Shown: positions 26,435-35,037 of the stretch, piece by piece | Numbering within the stretch: the first letter of the stretch is position 1 | Layout: each line of letters opens with the position of its first letter | Notes under the pieces: model-generated | Databases searched by the model: none | What the model saw: only the letters and a program-made list of their open reading frames with translations | What the model was told of the DNA's origin: nothing | DNA from: Candidatus Latescibacterota bacterium | GTDB taxonomy: Bacteria; Latescibacterota; UBA2968; UBA8231 | DNA length: 64,000 nucleotides | Assembly: GCA_963422735.1 (NCBI GenBank) | Contig: OY730476.1 | Span: forward strand, 3,392,001-3,456,000 | Direction: 5' to 3' | Program-made: the position numbers and the translations under genes

Positions 26435-27126
26435 TGAGCCGCCGTGCGCTCGATCTCTTCTGCGGCGGCGGTGGCGCGGCCCTCGGCCTTCTTCAGGCTG
26501 GCTTCGAGGAGGTGGTGGGCATTGACCACCATCGACGAAACGCCGCCGTCTATCCGGGCCGCTTCGTGTGTGCCGACGCGCTCGCGCCGCCCGTCTCGCT
26601 GGCCGACTTCGACTTGATTTGGGCGTCGCCGCCTTGCCAGCGGTTCAGCGCGGGTACGGTACAACGAGGCGGCCCTGCGGCGGCACGCCATCCCGATCTA
26701 ATCCCCCAGACCCGCGCCCTGTTGGCTGGCCATCCGTTCACGATCATCGAGAATGTGCCCCGTGCGCCGATTCGCGCCGACGTGGTGTTGACCGGGCCGA
26801 TGGTGGGACTGGAGCGCATCCAGCGGCAGCGGCACTTCGAGTTGTCGTTCTGGCCCGGGCTCATGCCGCCGCGCGTGAACGTCCCTCGCTGGCTGTGGCA
26901 AGCAGGCCGCGCGGTAACGGTGACGACCTCGCTGTCGGCATCGAGCCATTACTATCCGCGTCGCCGCGCTGGGCTTCCGGGTCATGTGCCTATCAAGGAG
27001 GCGCGGGCGGTGATGGGCATTACGACGCCGATGACGGCCCGGCAGGTCGGCGAGGCGGTGCCCCCGGCCTATGCCGCGCTGTTGGGTCAGCGGGCCCGGG
27101 CGGTGATGGAGGCGGAGGCCTCATGA
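26434..27126 (+). CDS. short C5 DNA cytosine methyltransferase
   Basis: LDLFCGGGG (motif I), WASPPCQ (IV), IENV (VI), GEAVPP (X). Confidence 0.88.
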   Translation: MSRRALDLFCGGGGAALGLLQAGFEEVVGIDHHRRNAAVYPGRFVCADALAPPVSLADFDLIWASPPCQRFSAGTVQRGGPAAARHPDLIPQTRALLAGHPFTIIENVPRAPIRADVVLTGPMVGLERIQRQRHFELSFWPGLMPPRVNVPRWLWQAGRAVTVTTSLSASSHYYPRRRAGLPGHVPIKEARAVMGITTPMTARQVGEAVPPAYAALLGQRARAVMEAEAS

Positions 27127-27386
27127 ATGATCAGATGAACCTGTTCGGGCCTGCCGACCAACACAAACAGGTGCGGGTGGAGGTGGAGGTTAAGCCACCA
27201 CACTGGGCTATCGCCTTCCGCTCCATCGCCGGGCCTACGAATAGTCGCACCAGCATCGCAGCGATCGTGCCGACGGATTGGGCGAGATCGGATAGTATGC
27301 CCTCGCTGACGGTAGGCAACCTCGACCCCGAAGACATCGTCGCGGCCATCCGTCGCGGCGACATCCTGCTAACCTACACGGAGTAG
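27123..27386 (+). CDS. small protein with an Eco57I/type IIL TRD-like motif
   Basis: GGAGG RBS; WAIAFRSIAGPTNSRTSIAAIVP. Confidence 0.5.
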   Translation: MNDQMNLFGPADQHKQVRVEVEVKPPHWAIAFRSIAGPTNSRTSIAAIVPTDWARSDSMPSLTVGNLDPEDIVAAIRRGDILLTYTE

Positions 27387-27392
27387 AAGCTG

Positions 27393-27842
27393 ATGGAAGA
27401 CCTAGCTTCCCAATACGAACCCATGGCCAATAACCGCAACAAGGAACGTATCCGCTCCTTGCCGCGGTACAAGCCCTGTCTGTGGTGCAACGACTCGATG
27501 TATTTGCACCGGGATCGCTATCTGTGCCGGGATAGCATGGGTTGCGCCTACGTCGAGGTCGCGCCGGCCTACGCTCCAGCCTTGACGCTGCGGTGGGACG
27601 TCGCCTCGCGCACCGCGAGCGGGGTCTGCTACCGCGTCGAGGCCCGCCCCGCCGACGACCCCGCCGACTGGGCCTGCTCGTGCCCGGCTCGGCGGACGTG
27701 CTGGCATATCCGCTACGGCCGCGAGCTGGTCGCCTGTGGCGTACGGCCCCTGGCCGACCAGCCCCTGCGGCTGGCGGTACCCGGCTTCATTCACTGGCTG
27801 CGGGCTCGGCCCCGCGCAAAGAGCGAAGGGAGAGCCGCATGA
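27393..27842 (+). CDS. zinc-finger (SWIM) protein
   Basis: CLWC..C..C and WACSCPARRTCWH. Confidence 0.7.
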   Translation: MEDLASQYEPMANNRNKERIRSLPRYKPCLWCNDSMYLHRDRYLCRDSMGCAYVEVAPAYAPALTLRWDVASRTASGVCYRVEARPADDPADWACSCPARRTCWHIRYGRELVACGVRPLADQPLRLAVPGFIHWLRARPRAKSEGRAA

Positions 27843-28777
27843 GCACCCCAACGAATAAACTTCAGCCGGTGTCGGCCCTTGCTCCCCTGGGGGCCGACCT
27901 TTCGCTCAAGGAGCTCGGCCAAACCTTTGCCGCGTCGGGGTTTTTTTCCGACACCCAAGGTTCCGCTCAAGCCGTCGTCAAGGTGTTGGCGGGTCAGGAG
28001 TTGGGCATCCCGCCGGTGGCGGCGATGACGGGCATCCACCTCATAGGGGGCCGTATTACCCTCGGCGCGAGCCTGATGGCCGCGCTGGTCAAACGGAGTG
28101 GCCGCTACACGTTCCGGGTGCGTACCCTGAGCGACGAGGAAGTGGCCATTGAATTTTTCACCGGCGACGAGTCGCTCGGGATAAGCCGCTTCACGCTCCG
28201 GGACGCGAAGCGGGCAGGCATGAAGAACCTCGACACGTTCCCGCGCAATATGCTGTACGCAAGGGCCATGTCGAATGGAGTCCGATGGTTCTGCCCCGAT
28301 CTATTCGGCGGCGCGGTGTACACCCCCGAGGAACTTTCCGAGGTCTCACCCCGCCCCGAGCCGGTGCCTCAGCGGCTGGAGGAGCCGGCCGAGCCGGTGG
28401 AGTCTGCCGAGCCGGTGGAGTCTGCTCCGGCGGAGAAGCCGGCCGAGCCGGTGAAGTCCGCCCCCGCGGAGAAGCCGACTCAGACCCATAGCTGGGTCAG
28501 TCCCTATGAGCGTTTTCGTAAACGTTGTTTTGAGTTGGAATGGGAGTTGAAAAAGGCGCTAGGACCAAAGGCTTATCAGAGCGTCCTCAAAGCGTTCGAC
28601 TTGGGCGACAGCTCCGAGGTCGCTCAGGATGATACCGAGACGATGTCGCGGGTCGTCCTCGCGTTGGAGGCTCGGCTGGCCGGCTCCGAGGCTACGGAGC
28701 AGGACGCATTGGCGGCCCTCCCTAGCGATGGGGGCGGCCCGTACCATGCCGTCGCGGAGGGTCTCTACTCTAGATGA
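27839..28777 (+). CDS. single-strand annealing recombinase (RecT/Bet-like)
   Basis: VKVLAGQELGIPPVAAM..IHLIGG, AKRAG, FPRNMLYARA..RWFCPDLFGG.VYTPEE. Confidence 0.75.
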   Translation: MSTPTNKLQPVSALAPLGADLSLKELGQTFAASGFFSDTQGSAQAVVKVLAGQELGIPPVAAMTGIHLIGGRITLGASLMAALVKRSGRYTFRVRTLSDEEVAIEFFTGDESLGISRFTLRDAKRAGMKNLDTFPRNMLYARAMSNGVRWFCPDLFGGAVYTPEELSEVSPRPEPVPQRLEEPAEPVESAEPVESAPAEKPAEPVKSAPAEKPTQTHSWVSPYERFRKRCFELEWELKKALGPKAYQSVLKAFDLGDSSEVAQDDTETMSRVVLALEARLAGSEATEQDALAALPSDGGGPYHAVAEGLYSR

Positions 28778-28825
28778 ACGGAGCGTCGGCTCGGAGGGGG
28801 GGCTATCAGCGCGGCGGGACGGGTC

Positions 28826-28859
28826 GCCGAGCAAGCGGTACTAGTACCGCTTGCTCGGC
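28826..28859. repeat. perfect 34-bp palindrome
   Basis: GCCGAGCAAGCGGTACT|AGTACCGCTTGCTCGGC. Confidence 0.97.
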
Positions 28860-28919
28860 CCGTCGCGCGCTTTCGTCCGTCGTGCTCGGGTCCGACGCCC
28901 AACCCCAAGAGGATCCTCC

Positions 28920-29717
28920 ATGCTGACGCGCCATCCCCTATCCGCCCTTTGGGGCGACCTGCCCGACGACGAATTTGCCGCCCTCGTTGAGGACATCCGC
29001 CAGCGCGGCCTGATCGAGCCGATCCTGACCTATCAGGATCAAATCCTCGACGGCTGGCACCGCTACCGCGCCTGCCAAGCAGCGGGTCAGCCCCTGAGAG
29101 CCCCCATGATCCTGGAGTACAACCAAGCACGCCGGGGCGACCCGGCCAGCTATGTTATCGCCCGCAACGCCGTGCGCCGCCATCTGACCGCCTCGCAGCG
29201 AGCGGCGGCGGTCGTGGCGGCTTTTCAGTGGCAATCACACGGCGGCGATAGACGTTGCGAAGCTGGAGCAAGCGGTACTAGTACCGCTTGCTCGGCGGCC
29301 GAGCTGGCCGCTAAAGCGGGGGTGGGTGAATCCACCATCCGCCACGCCAAGACCGCCGAGCGGGCGGGGTTAGGCGACCGGGTGCGTTCCGGCGAGCTGT
29401 CGGCTAAGGCGGCGGCACAAGCCGGGGGCCGGGCGAAAAAGCCCCCGCCGCCGACGAAGGTCGAACGGCTCGAAGCGGCCTTGGGGGAAGCGCAACGGGA
29501 TGCGGCTGCTCAAGCCGAGCGCATGGAAGCGCTGGAGGAGCAACTTCAGTTCTGGGCAGACCAAGACCGCCCGCACGACGCGGCGCGGTGGGCCACGCTC
29601 AACAGCCAACGCGAGCAAATCCGCGCCCTCAAAGCGGATTGCTTCCATTGGAAAAGCTATGCGCAACGCCTACGACAGCAGCTTAAGGCGCTCGGCGCGG
29701 ATACCGATCGCGGATGA
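28920..29717 (+). CDS. ParB-fold protein with HTH and C-terminal coiled coil
   Basis: HPLSAL, LVEDIRQRGLIEPI, ILDGWHRYRAC, NAVRRHLTASQRA, GGDRR, AELAAKAGVGESTIRHAK. Confidence 0.8.
   Translation: MLTRHPLSALWGDLPDDEFAALVEDIRQRGLIEPILTYQDQILDGWHRYRACQAAGQPLRAPMILEYNQARRGDPASYVIARNAVRRHLTASQRAAAVVAAFQWQSHGGDRRCEAGASGTSTACSAAELAAKAGVGESTIRHAKTAERAGLGDRVRSGELSAKAAAQAGGRAKKPPPPTKVERLEAALGEAQRDAAAQAERMEALEEQLQFWADQDRPHDAARWATLNSQREQIRALKADCFHWKSYAQRLRQQLKALGADTDRG
29266..29293. repeat. perfect 28-bp palindrome inside the ParB-like ORF, identical to the upstream core
   Basis: GAGCAAGCGGTACTAGTACCGCTTGCTC. Confidence 0.97.
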
Positions 29718-31219
29718 CTCCTTTGCGTTCCTACCAAGAGGAGGCCATCGCGGCGCTGCGTGGCCTGATGCAGGCCGGCCACCGGCGCCTCATCCTTTGC
29801 TCGCCGACCGGCTCCGGCAAGACGGAGATGGCGATGTGGTTTGTCGAAGCCGCCGCCCGCCGCGGTAAGCGCGTCGCCTTCCTGTGTGATCGCCTCGCCT
29901 TAGTCTCGCAGACCGCCCAACGCTTCCGCGACAACGGCATTGAGCACGGCGTGGTGCAGGGCCACAACACCCGCTACCAGGGCCTGCCGGTGCAAGTGTG
30001 CTCGGTGCAGACGGTGGAGCGGCGCGGTTTTCCGACCGAATGGGACTTCATAGTGGTGGACGAAGCCCATACGCTTAGGCAGGCCACCCTCCAATTCCTC
30101 CGCACGTGGGGCGGCCCCACCCTCGGCCTGACGGCGACGCCTTTTGCCGAGGGACTCGCCGACACCTATTCCGGGGTGGTCAACGCCCGGACCACCGCGC
30201 AGCTTTTGGCCGACGGCTGGCTGGCCCCGCTGAAGGTCTATGTCGCGGTGCCTATTGACATGACCGGAGCCGAGACCAAGCCCGGCGGCGAGTGGCGCGA
30301 CAAGGACGTGGAAAAGCGCGGTCGAACCCTCGTGGGCGACATCGTCTCCGAGTGGCAAGACAAGACCCGAAAGCACTTCGGCGGCCCGGTCAAGACGCTG
30401 GTTTTCTCGGCCACGGTTGCTCATGGTCAACAGCTGTGCGACGCCTTCGGGCAGGCCGGCCACGATTTCCAACTCATCAGCTACCGCGACCGCGACCCGG
30501 CCGGCCGACAAGCCCGGATCGAAGCCTTTCGGCAGGGACGGATTACCGGTCTGGTCTCGTGCGAAGCGCTCGCCAAAGGGTTCGACGTGCCCGATGTGCT
30601 CTGTGGTATCTCAGCCCGCCCCTACCGCAAGTCCTTTTCGGCCCATGTCCAGCAGATGGGCCGGCTGATGCGCGCCGCGCCCGGCAAAGACTTCGGCCTG
30701 TGGCTCGACCACACGGGCAACTACCTCGGCTTCCTCAACGACATGGAGGATTTCTTCCAACACGGCGTCTGTTCGCTGAAGCAGGCCAAGCCCGACAAAG
30801 ACCGGCAACGGCAAGCCCGCACCCCTTCCTCGCCGGTCTGCCCCGCCTGTGGCTTGGTCCTGCGCGGCAAAGACGGGGTCTGCCCCGCCTGTGGAGCCGT
30901 GCGCCCGCAGCGCGGTTGTGATGTAGCGGTGGCCGCCGGCCGCATGGAATCCGTTGAGGGCGTCCAGTCCAAGGCGGCTTGGAAACAAGACCGACATTGG
31001 GTCTGGCAACAGCTGTGTCGCATCGCCACCGCTCGACGACCCGACCAACCCGAGCGCGCCCGCAAGTTCGCCCTCGCCCAGTTCCGAGCGCTGTACAACG
31101 CGTGGCCCACTACCCACTTCCACTCAGACACCCGACCCGCCGATGTCCGGGTCGAGCGCGCCGTGCGCTACCGACTGCGCAAATGGTACGATCAACAGCG
31201 GCTGCGGAGCAACGCATGA
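29714..31219 (+). CDS. SF2 DEAH helicase (RadD/YejH-like) with Zn finger
   Basis: LRSYQ, PTGSGKT, DEAH, LTATP, GFDVP, QQMGRLMR, CPAC..CPAC. Confidence 0.92.
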   Translation: MTPLRSYQEEAIAALRGLMQAGHRRLILCSPTGSGKTEMAMWFVEAAARRGKRVAFLCDRLALVSQTAQRFRDNGIEHGVVQGHNTRYQGLPVQVCSVQTVERRGFPTEWDFIVVDEAHTLRQATLQFLRTWGGPTLGLTATPFAEGLADTYSGVVNARTTAQLLADGWLAPLKVYVAVPIDMTGAETKPGGEWRDKDVEKRGRTLVGDIVSEWQDKTRKHFGGPVKTLVFSATVAHGQQLCDAFGQAGHDFQLISYRDRDPAGRQARIEAFRQGRITGLVSCEALAKGFDVPDVLCGISARPYRKSFSAHVQQMGRLMRAAPGKDFGLWLDHTGNYLGFLNDMEDFFQHGVCSLKQAKPDKDRQRQARTPSSPVCPACGLVLRGKDGVCPACGAVRPQRGCDVAVAAGRMESVEGVQSKAAWKQDRHWVWQQLCRIATARRPDQPERARKFALAQFRALYNAWPTTHFHSDTRPADVRVERAVRYRLRKWYDQQRLRSNA

Positions 31220-31607
31220 GGATTCTGTAGAAATCGACCCGGCCGACGGTTAATCAGGACGGTGGGGCCGGGGCGTTCGCACGACCAGAGAGCACCAGAA
31301 GCCAAGCACCGCGCAGAGACCACGTGCTCTGCGCCGATCCGTGCTTTTGGGCTCCATCAGGAGCCACCACGGGGCGCGGCATAGCTCCACCCTAGCCGAA
31401 GGCAGCAAGGGGGCCGCAGGGCCTGGTACCAAGGTCCTAAGTAGGCTGCACATCCCGTCCGGTACCTGGGCGGGTGCAACCGACCGACGAACTCATCCGA
31501 AAGGGGAGAAGGAAACGGTATCGGGCGCACGGACGACCTAGCCGCTCGCCATGAGTGGGGGCTAAGTCGCCGTGTGCCTCCCTCAGAATCTAAACCGAAG
31601 GGGAGGA

Positions 31608-31697
31608 GGGCCCTAGTAGGGGGACCCAGAGAGCCTAGGGGCAGACCCTAGGGGGCCCTAGTAATGGGACCCAGAGATCCTAAGGGCAGACCCTAGG
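31608..31697. repeat. 2 x 45-bp tandem repeat, CTAG-rich, iteron-like
   Basis: 31608-31652 and 31653-31697 differ at 4 positions. Confidence 0.85.
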
Positions 31698-31805
31698 ACC
31701 AGAAAGGAGACATCCATTGAAAAAAATAGGGGAGATCGTGCCGATCGTGTGGCTGCTGTTCAGCCTAGTCGTTATCGCCTCTCATCTGGCGCGGTTCCTC
31801 GCCCG

Positions 31806-32009
31806 ATGAAACCCATGAAAGCCTTCTCATGGTACGGTGGGAAGTTTTCTCATCTCGACGGGCTGCTACCCCGGCTACCAGCGTGTCATCATTATGGCGA
31901 GCCGTTTGCCGGCTCGGCGGCCGTACTGCTCAACCCAGACCCCGCGCCCTACGACCCGCAAGCCTATCACGATCAGCCCCAGCTTGCTTTGTCTTTAACC
32001 GATAACTAA
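31806..32009 (+). pseudogene. N-terminal fragment of a Dam-type adenine methyltransferase
   Basis: FSWYGGK..LLPRLP..HYGEPFAGSAAVLLN, then unrelated sequence and stop; no DPPY. Confidence 0.75.
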
Positions 32010-32019
32010 GGAGCAGCGA

Positions 32020-32214
32020 ATGCCACCTATCGAAAAAGCTCGCATCGAACGCGCCGCACGGATATATCGCAGCAACCGCGAGGCCGCCGCCTTGGGCATT
32101 GCCCCGGGCAGCTTCAGCCGCCGGTGTCGCCGCTACGACATTGAGACGCCGCAAAAACGCCAGCGCCGCCAGCGTGAAACGAGGAAGGCCGAGCAGACCC
32201 AGTGCTTGATCTAA
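32020..32214 (+). CDS. small Fis-like HTH protein
   Basis: AAGGAG RBS; SNREAAALGIAPGSFSRRCRRYDI. Confidence 0.65.
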   Translation: MPPIEKARIERAARIYRSNREAAALGIAPGSFSRRCRRYDIETPQKRQRRQRETRKAEQTQCLI

Positions 32215-32225
32215 AGGAGAAGCCG

Positions 32226-32429
32226 ATGAGCGAACTAACGAATGAAAAACTGATGTCGGTCGCCGAAGTGGCCGACTATCTGGCTGCGCCGGCGCGCACG
32301 GTGCGCTACTGGGCGCAAAAGAAGATATTGCCCGCCCTGCAACTGCCTAATGGTCAGTACCGTTTTCGACGCCGCGACCTCGACCGGTTCCTATACCGTT
32401 GCCGCATCCCACCCCCCTCCTCTCAGTAG
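32226..32429 (+). CDS. excisionase-like HTH_17 protein
   Basis: LMSVAEVADYL..TVRYW..LPA..GQYRFRRRDLDRF; converges on the integrase. Confidence 0.85.
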   Translation: MSELTNEKLMSVAEVADYLAAPARTVRYWAQKKILPALQLPNGQYRFRRRDLDRFLYRCRIPPPSSQ

Positions 32430-33634
32430 GCCAACGCGTCGGTCGGATGGGCTTCAGGCTGGAGCGCATGGAGGTAGTGCAGCGTAGTATCTAGGCGCGA
32501 ATGCCCCATCCGCGCCATGACCGTGGCCGGATCGACCCCAGCCCGCAACAGCATCGTCGCATACGTGTGCCGAAGCGAGTAGATCGTTATCGACGCATCC
32601 AAGCCCTCTTGCTCGATCATATGCACAAACGGACGACGCAGGCTACTAAACGACAGCGGACGGCCTCGATACTGGGGTTGTCGCCTACTACCCGCCACCA
32701 GCACAAAAGGCCCCAAAAGCCCCGCCTTGCTCTGCCGGTGATGCTCCTGTTGCCAAAATTCAACGAAGGGTGCTTTCACGTCGAGTACGCGCAACTCGGC
32801 ATCTTTAGGCGTCCACCGCTGCCCCGTCGGCGATACCGCCGCCTGCACGGAGAGCACCCGGCGCTCCACGTCCAACCACTGCCACTGACACCAGCACATC
32901 TCCTCGTTTCTCAGGCCGGCATACAACCCCAACCGCACCACCATCGGCAGTGCCCCACTCAGAGGTCGGGTGTAGTGCAAGGAGGCCTTGAGCAGATGGT
33001 TGACCTCCTCCAAGCTGAGGATGCGCCGCGGCACGGTCCGCCGCGGGGTAGGCACGGATACCCGACGAGCCGGGTTTTCTCCCAGCATGCCTAACCGTAC
33101 CGCTTGGTCCAAAAGCAGCCGCAGCTTCGTCAGCTTGTGATGTACCGTCCAAGGCGAGTAGCGTTGGCCCTGCCCCTCCAGCCAAGTAGCCAGATCCGCC
33201 TCGGTCATATCTAAGCGCGGATGGGCTTCCTGCAGCCAGCCTAGGACGCAGTCGGCCAGCCCCATGTGATTGCGATGGCTTTTGCGGGTGGCATCGCCGG
33301 CTTTGGAGTGAGTCAGCGCGTAGTTTTCGTAGGCGGCTCGAAGCGTGGTAAAATCTACGGCCTGCCTCGTCGCCGGTCCGCCCGCCGTCTGCCAAGCAAT
33401 GAAGGTTAAGGCCGCCTCTTCTCTTTTTAGCCAGCCCCGGCCAATCCATTCGGTAATCTGGTCAGCGGAGGCCACCCCTGTGCGCGTGGCCTCTTCCAGC
33501 CGCTCCAACTGGCGCTTGAGAAAGCCGGCGGCTTGGCGGCTTTTCAGGTAGCGAGAGCGGTACTTTTTTTCGTCCGGCAGGGCAACCGAATAGCTGACCC
33601 GCCAGTAGGAACCTGTCTTTTTGACCGAGGCCAT
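32423..33634 (-). CDS. tyrosine recombinase (phage integrase)
   Basis: AGLRNEE, TPK, YSLRHTYAT, MGHS..TT.HY; adjacent to att/tRNA. Confidence 0.95.
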   Translation of the reverse strand: MASVKKTGSYWRVSYSVALPDEKKYRSRYLKSRQAAGFLKRQLERLEEATRTGVASADQITEWIGRGWLKREEAALTFIAWQTAGGPATRQAVDFTTLRAAYENYALTHSKAGDATRKSHRNHMGLADCVLGWLQEAHPRLDMTEADLATWLEGQGQRYSPWTVHHKLTKLRLLLDQAVRLGMLGENPARRVSVPTPRRTVPRRILSLEEVNHLLKASLHYTRPLSGALPMVVRLGLYAGLRNEEMCWCQWQWLDVERRVLSVQAAVSPTGQRWTPKDAELRVLDVKAPFVEFWQQEHHRQSKAGLLGPFVLVAGSRRQPQYRGRPLSFSSLRRPFVHMIEQEGLDASITIYSLRHTYATMLLRAGVDPATVMARMGHSRLDTTLHYLHALQPEAHPTDALAY

Positions 33635-33791
33635 TCTGCCTCCGAAAAAGTTGCCACAAGATTATCACAAGAAAAAGGCTCGCGTAGCTGCCTTAACGCT
33701 ACTATGACTGCCCTTATTGCCGCAACTGCCGATTGGAGAGAAGATAGGGTGCGGTGAGGTGAATCACAAGGAAAAACAAGGAGATAGAAGA

Positions 33792-33815
33792 AAGCCCCTG
33801 AAAAATCAGGGGCTT
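33792..33815 (-). terminator. phage-supplied terminator hairpin downstream of tRNA-Val
   Basis: Same stem as 2654-2677 with the loop inverted and a shorter U-tract. Confidence 0.65.
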
Positions 33816-33872
33816 AGAAGATGGTGGGCGATACTAGACTTGAACTAGTGACCTCCTGCATGTCAAGCAGGC
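33806..33872. repeat. right prophage att site
   Basis: Identical to 2668-2734. Confidence 0.96.
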
Positions 33873-33898
33873 GCTCTAGCCAGCTGAGCTAATCGCCC
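33822..33898 (-). tRNA. tRNA-Val(GAC)
   Basis: GGGCGATTAGCTCAGCTGGCTAGAGCGCCTGCTTGACATGCAGGAGGTCACTAGTTCAAGTCTAGTATCGCCCACCA folds as a cloverleaf; anticodon GAC; encoded CCA. Confidence 0.97.
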
Positions 33899-33927
33899 TT
33901 ATGTTGCCTAATTACAGACAGGCCAAT

Positions 33928-33956
33928 AATATATTCCAGCATACCAACTGCGTCAA
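33928..33956 (-). promoter_or_regulatory. sigma70 promoter of tRNA-Val
   Basis: TTGACG-17-TATATT on the minus strand. Confidence 0.7.
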
Positions 33957-33979
33957 GATCGCGCCAAGAGGAGAGCAAA

Positions 33980-35032
33980 ATGCTTACTACCTACCGAGTT
34001 GGACTCATCGGCTGCGGGCGCATGGGTGCCACTATTGACGACGAAGTCAAAGGCCGCCCCGATGCCCAACTCTATCTACCGTATTCGCACGCGGCGGCAA
34101 TAGTCGCTTGCGAGCGCATGGAACTGGTCGCCGTCTGCGACCCGATTGAGGTGAAGGCCGAACGCATCCGCGCCCGCTACGGTGCCCAACGAGCTTATGC
34201 CGATTACAGGGAAATGATTGAGCGCGAAAATCTCGACGTGGTCAGCATTGCCACCCGGCCAGGTACTCACGCCGAGCAGGTGATTTTCGCCGCCGAAGCC
34301 GGCGTCAAAGGCATCTATTGCGAGAAGGCACTGTGCAACGCCGTCCACGAGATGGACGCAATGCTGCAAGTTTGCACACCGCGAGGCGTCAAATTCAACT
34401 ACGGTACGCAGCGGCGTTATGCTGCACTCTACCGCCATGCGCGCACCATGATCGAGCGCGGCGACATCGGTCAGATGCAGACGGTCGTGGCCCACTGCGG
34501 GATCAGCGCGGCGCAGTGGGGGCACACGCACGCGGCGGACATGATGCTCTTTTTTGCGCTGGACGCAGAGGCAGAATTCGCCCAAGGGACGGTGCAGGCA
34601 GAGGCCGCGGATTGGGAGGGCGACCGGCTGACCGTAGATCCGAGGGTCAACAATGGATATGTAAAGTTCAAAAACGGAGTTCACGCCTACTTGGTGGGTG
34701 CGCCCGGCTGGGAATTTGAAATCAGCGGCACCGAGGGTCAGCTACGCACCCTGAGCAATGGGATGGGCTATAGCCTGCGCAAGAAAGACGAGCATGGGGA
34801 ATTGCGCCCGGTGGCCGCGTCCGAAGCTCTCGTTGAGAGCGGTACGCTGCGCGGGATGGAGGACATCGTCCGGGCACTCGACGAGGACGGCGATACCCAA
34901 GGCAATCTGCCGCTCGCTTGTCGCAGCCAAGAGCTAATTTTCGCGATTGTCGAGTCGCATCGGCAGGGCGGGGCACGGGTGGCCTTGCCGTTGGAGAACC
35001 GGGCTTTATCGATTGCTCCAGATCACTACTAG
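33980..35032 (+). CDS. Gfo/Idh/MocA family oxidoreductase
   Basis: GLIGCGRMG, DVVSIATRP..H, IYCEKA. Confidence 0.9.
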   Translation: MLTTYRVGLIGCGRMGATIDDEVKGRPDAQLYLPYSHAAAIVACERMELVAVCDPIEVKAERIRARYGAQRAYADYREMIERENLDVVSIATRPGTHAEQVIFAAEAGVKGIYCEKALCNAVHEMDAMLQVCTPRGVKFNYGTQRRYAALYRHARTMIERGDIGQMQTVVAHCGISAAQWGHTHAADMMLFFALDAEAEFAQGTVQAEAADWEGDRLTVDPRVNNGYVKFKNGVHAYLVGAPGWEFEISGTEGQLRTLSNGMGYSLRKKDEHGELRPVAASEALVESGTLRGMEDIVRALDEDGDTQGNLPLACRSQELIFAIVESHRQGGARVALPLENRALSIAPDHY

Positions 35033-35037
35033 CGCCA

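Larger units (their letters stand above)
2668..33872. mobile_element. prophage (siphovirus-like, HK97-type head) integrated in tRNA-Val(GAC), ~31.2 kb
   Basis: Flanking 67-bp direct repeats; tyrosine integrase next to the tRNA; terminase, portal, capsid, tail, lysis, cI/cro and helicase genes. Confidence 0.96.

Noticed and set aside
28380-28480. Short repeats in the recombinase (EPAEPVESA)
   Set aside because: Ordinary low-complexity linker expansion.
28826-28859. Protelomerase (telRL) target of a linear plasmid prophage
   Set aside because: No protelomerase gene seen; the element integrates via a tyrosine integrase and the second copy is intragenic.
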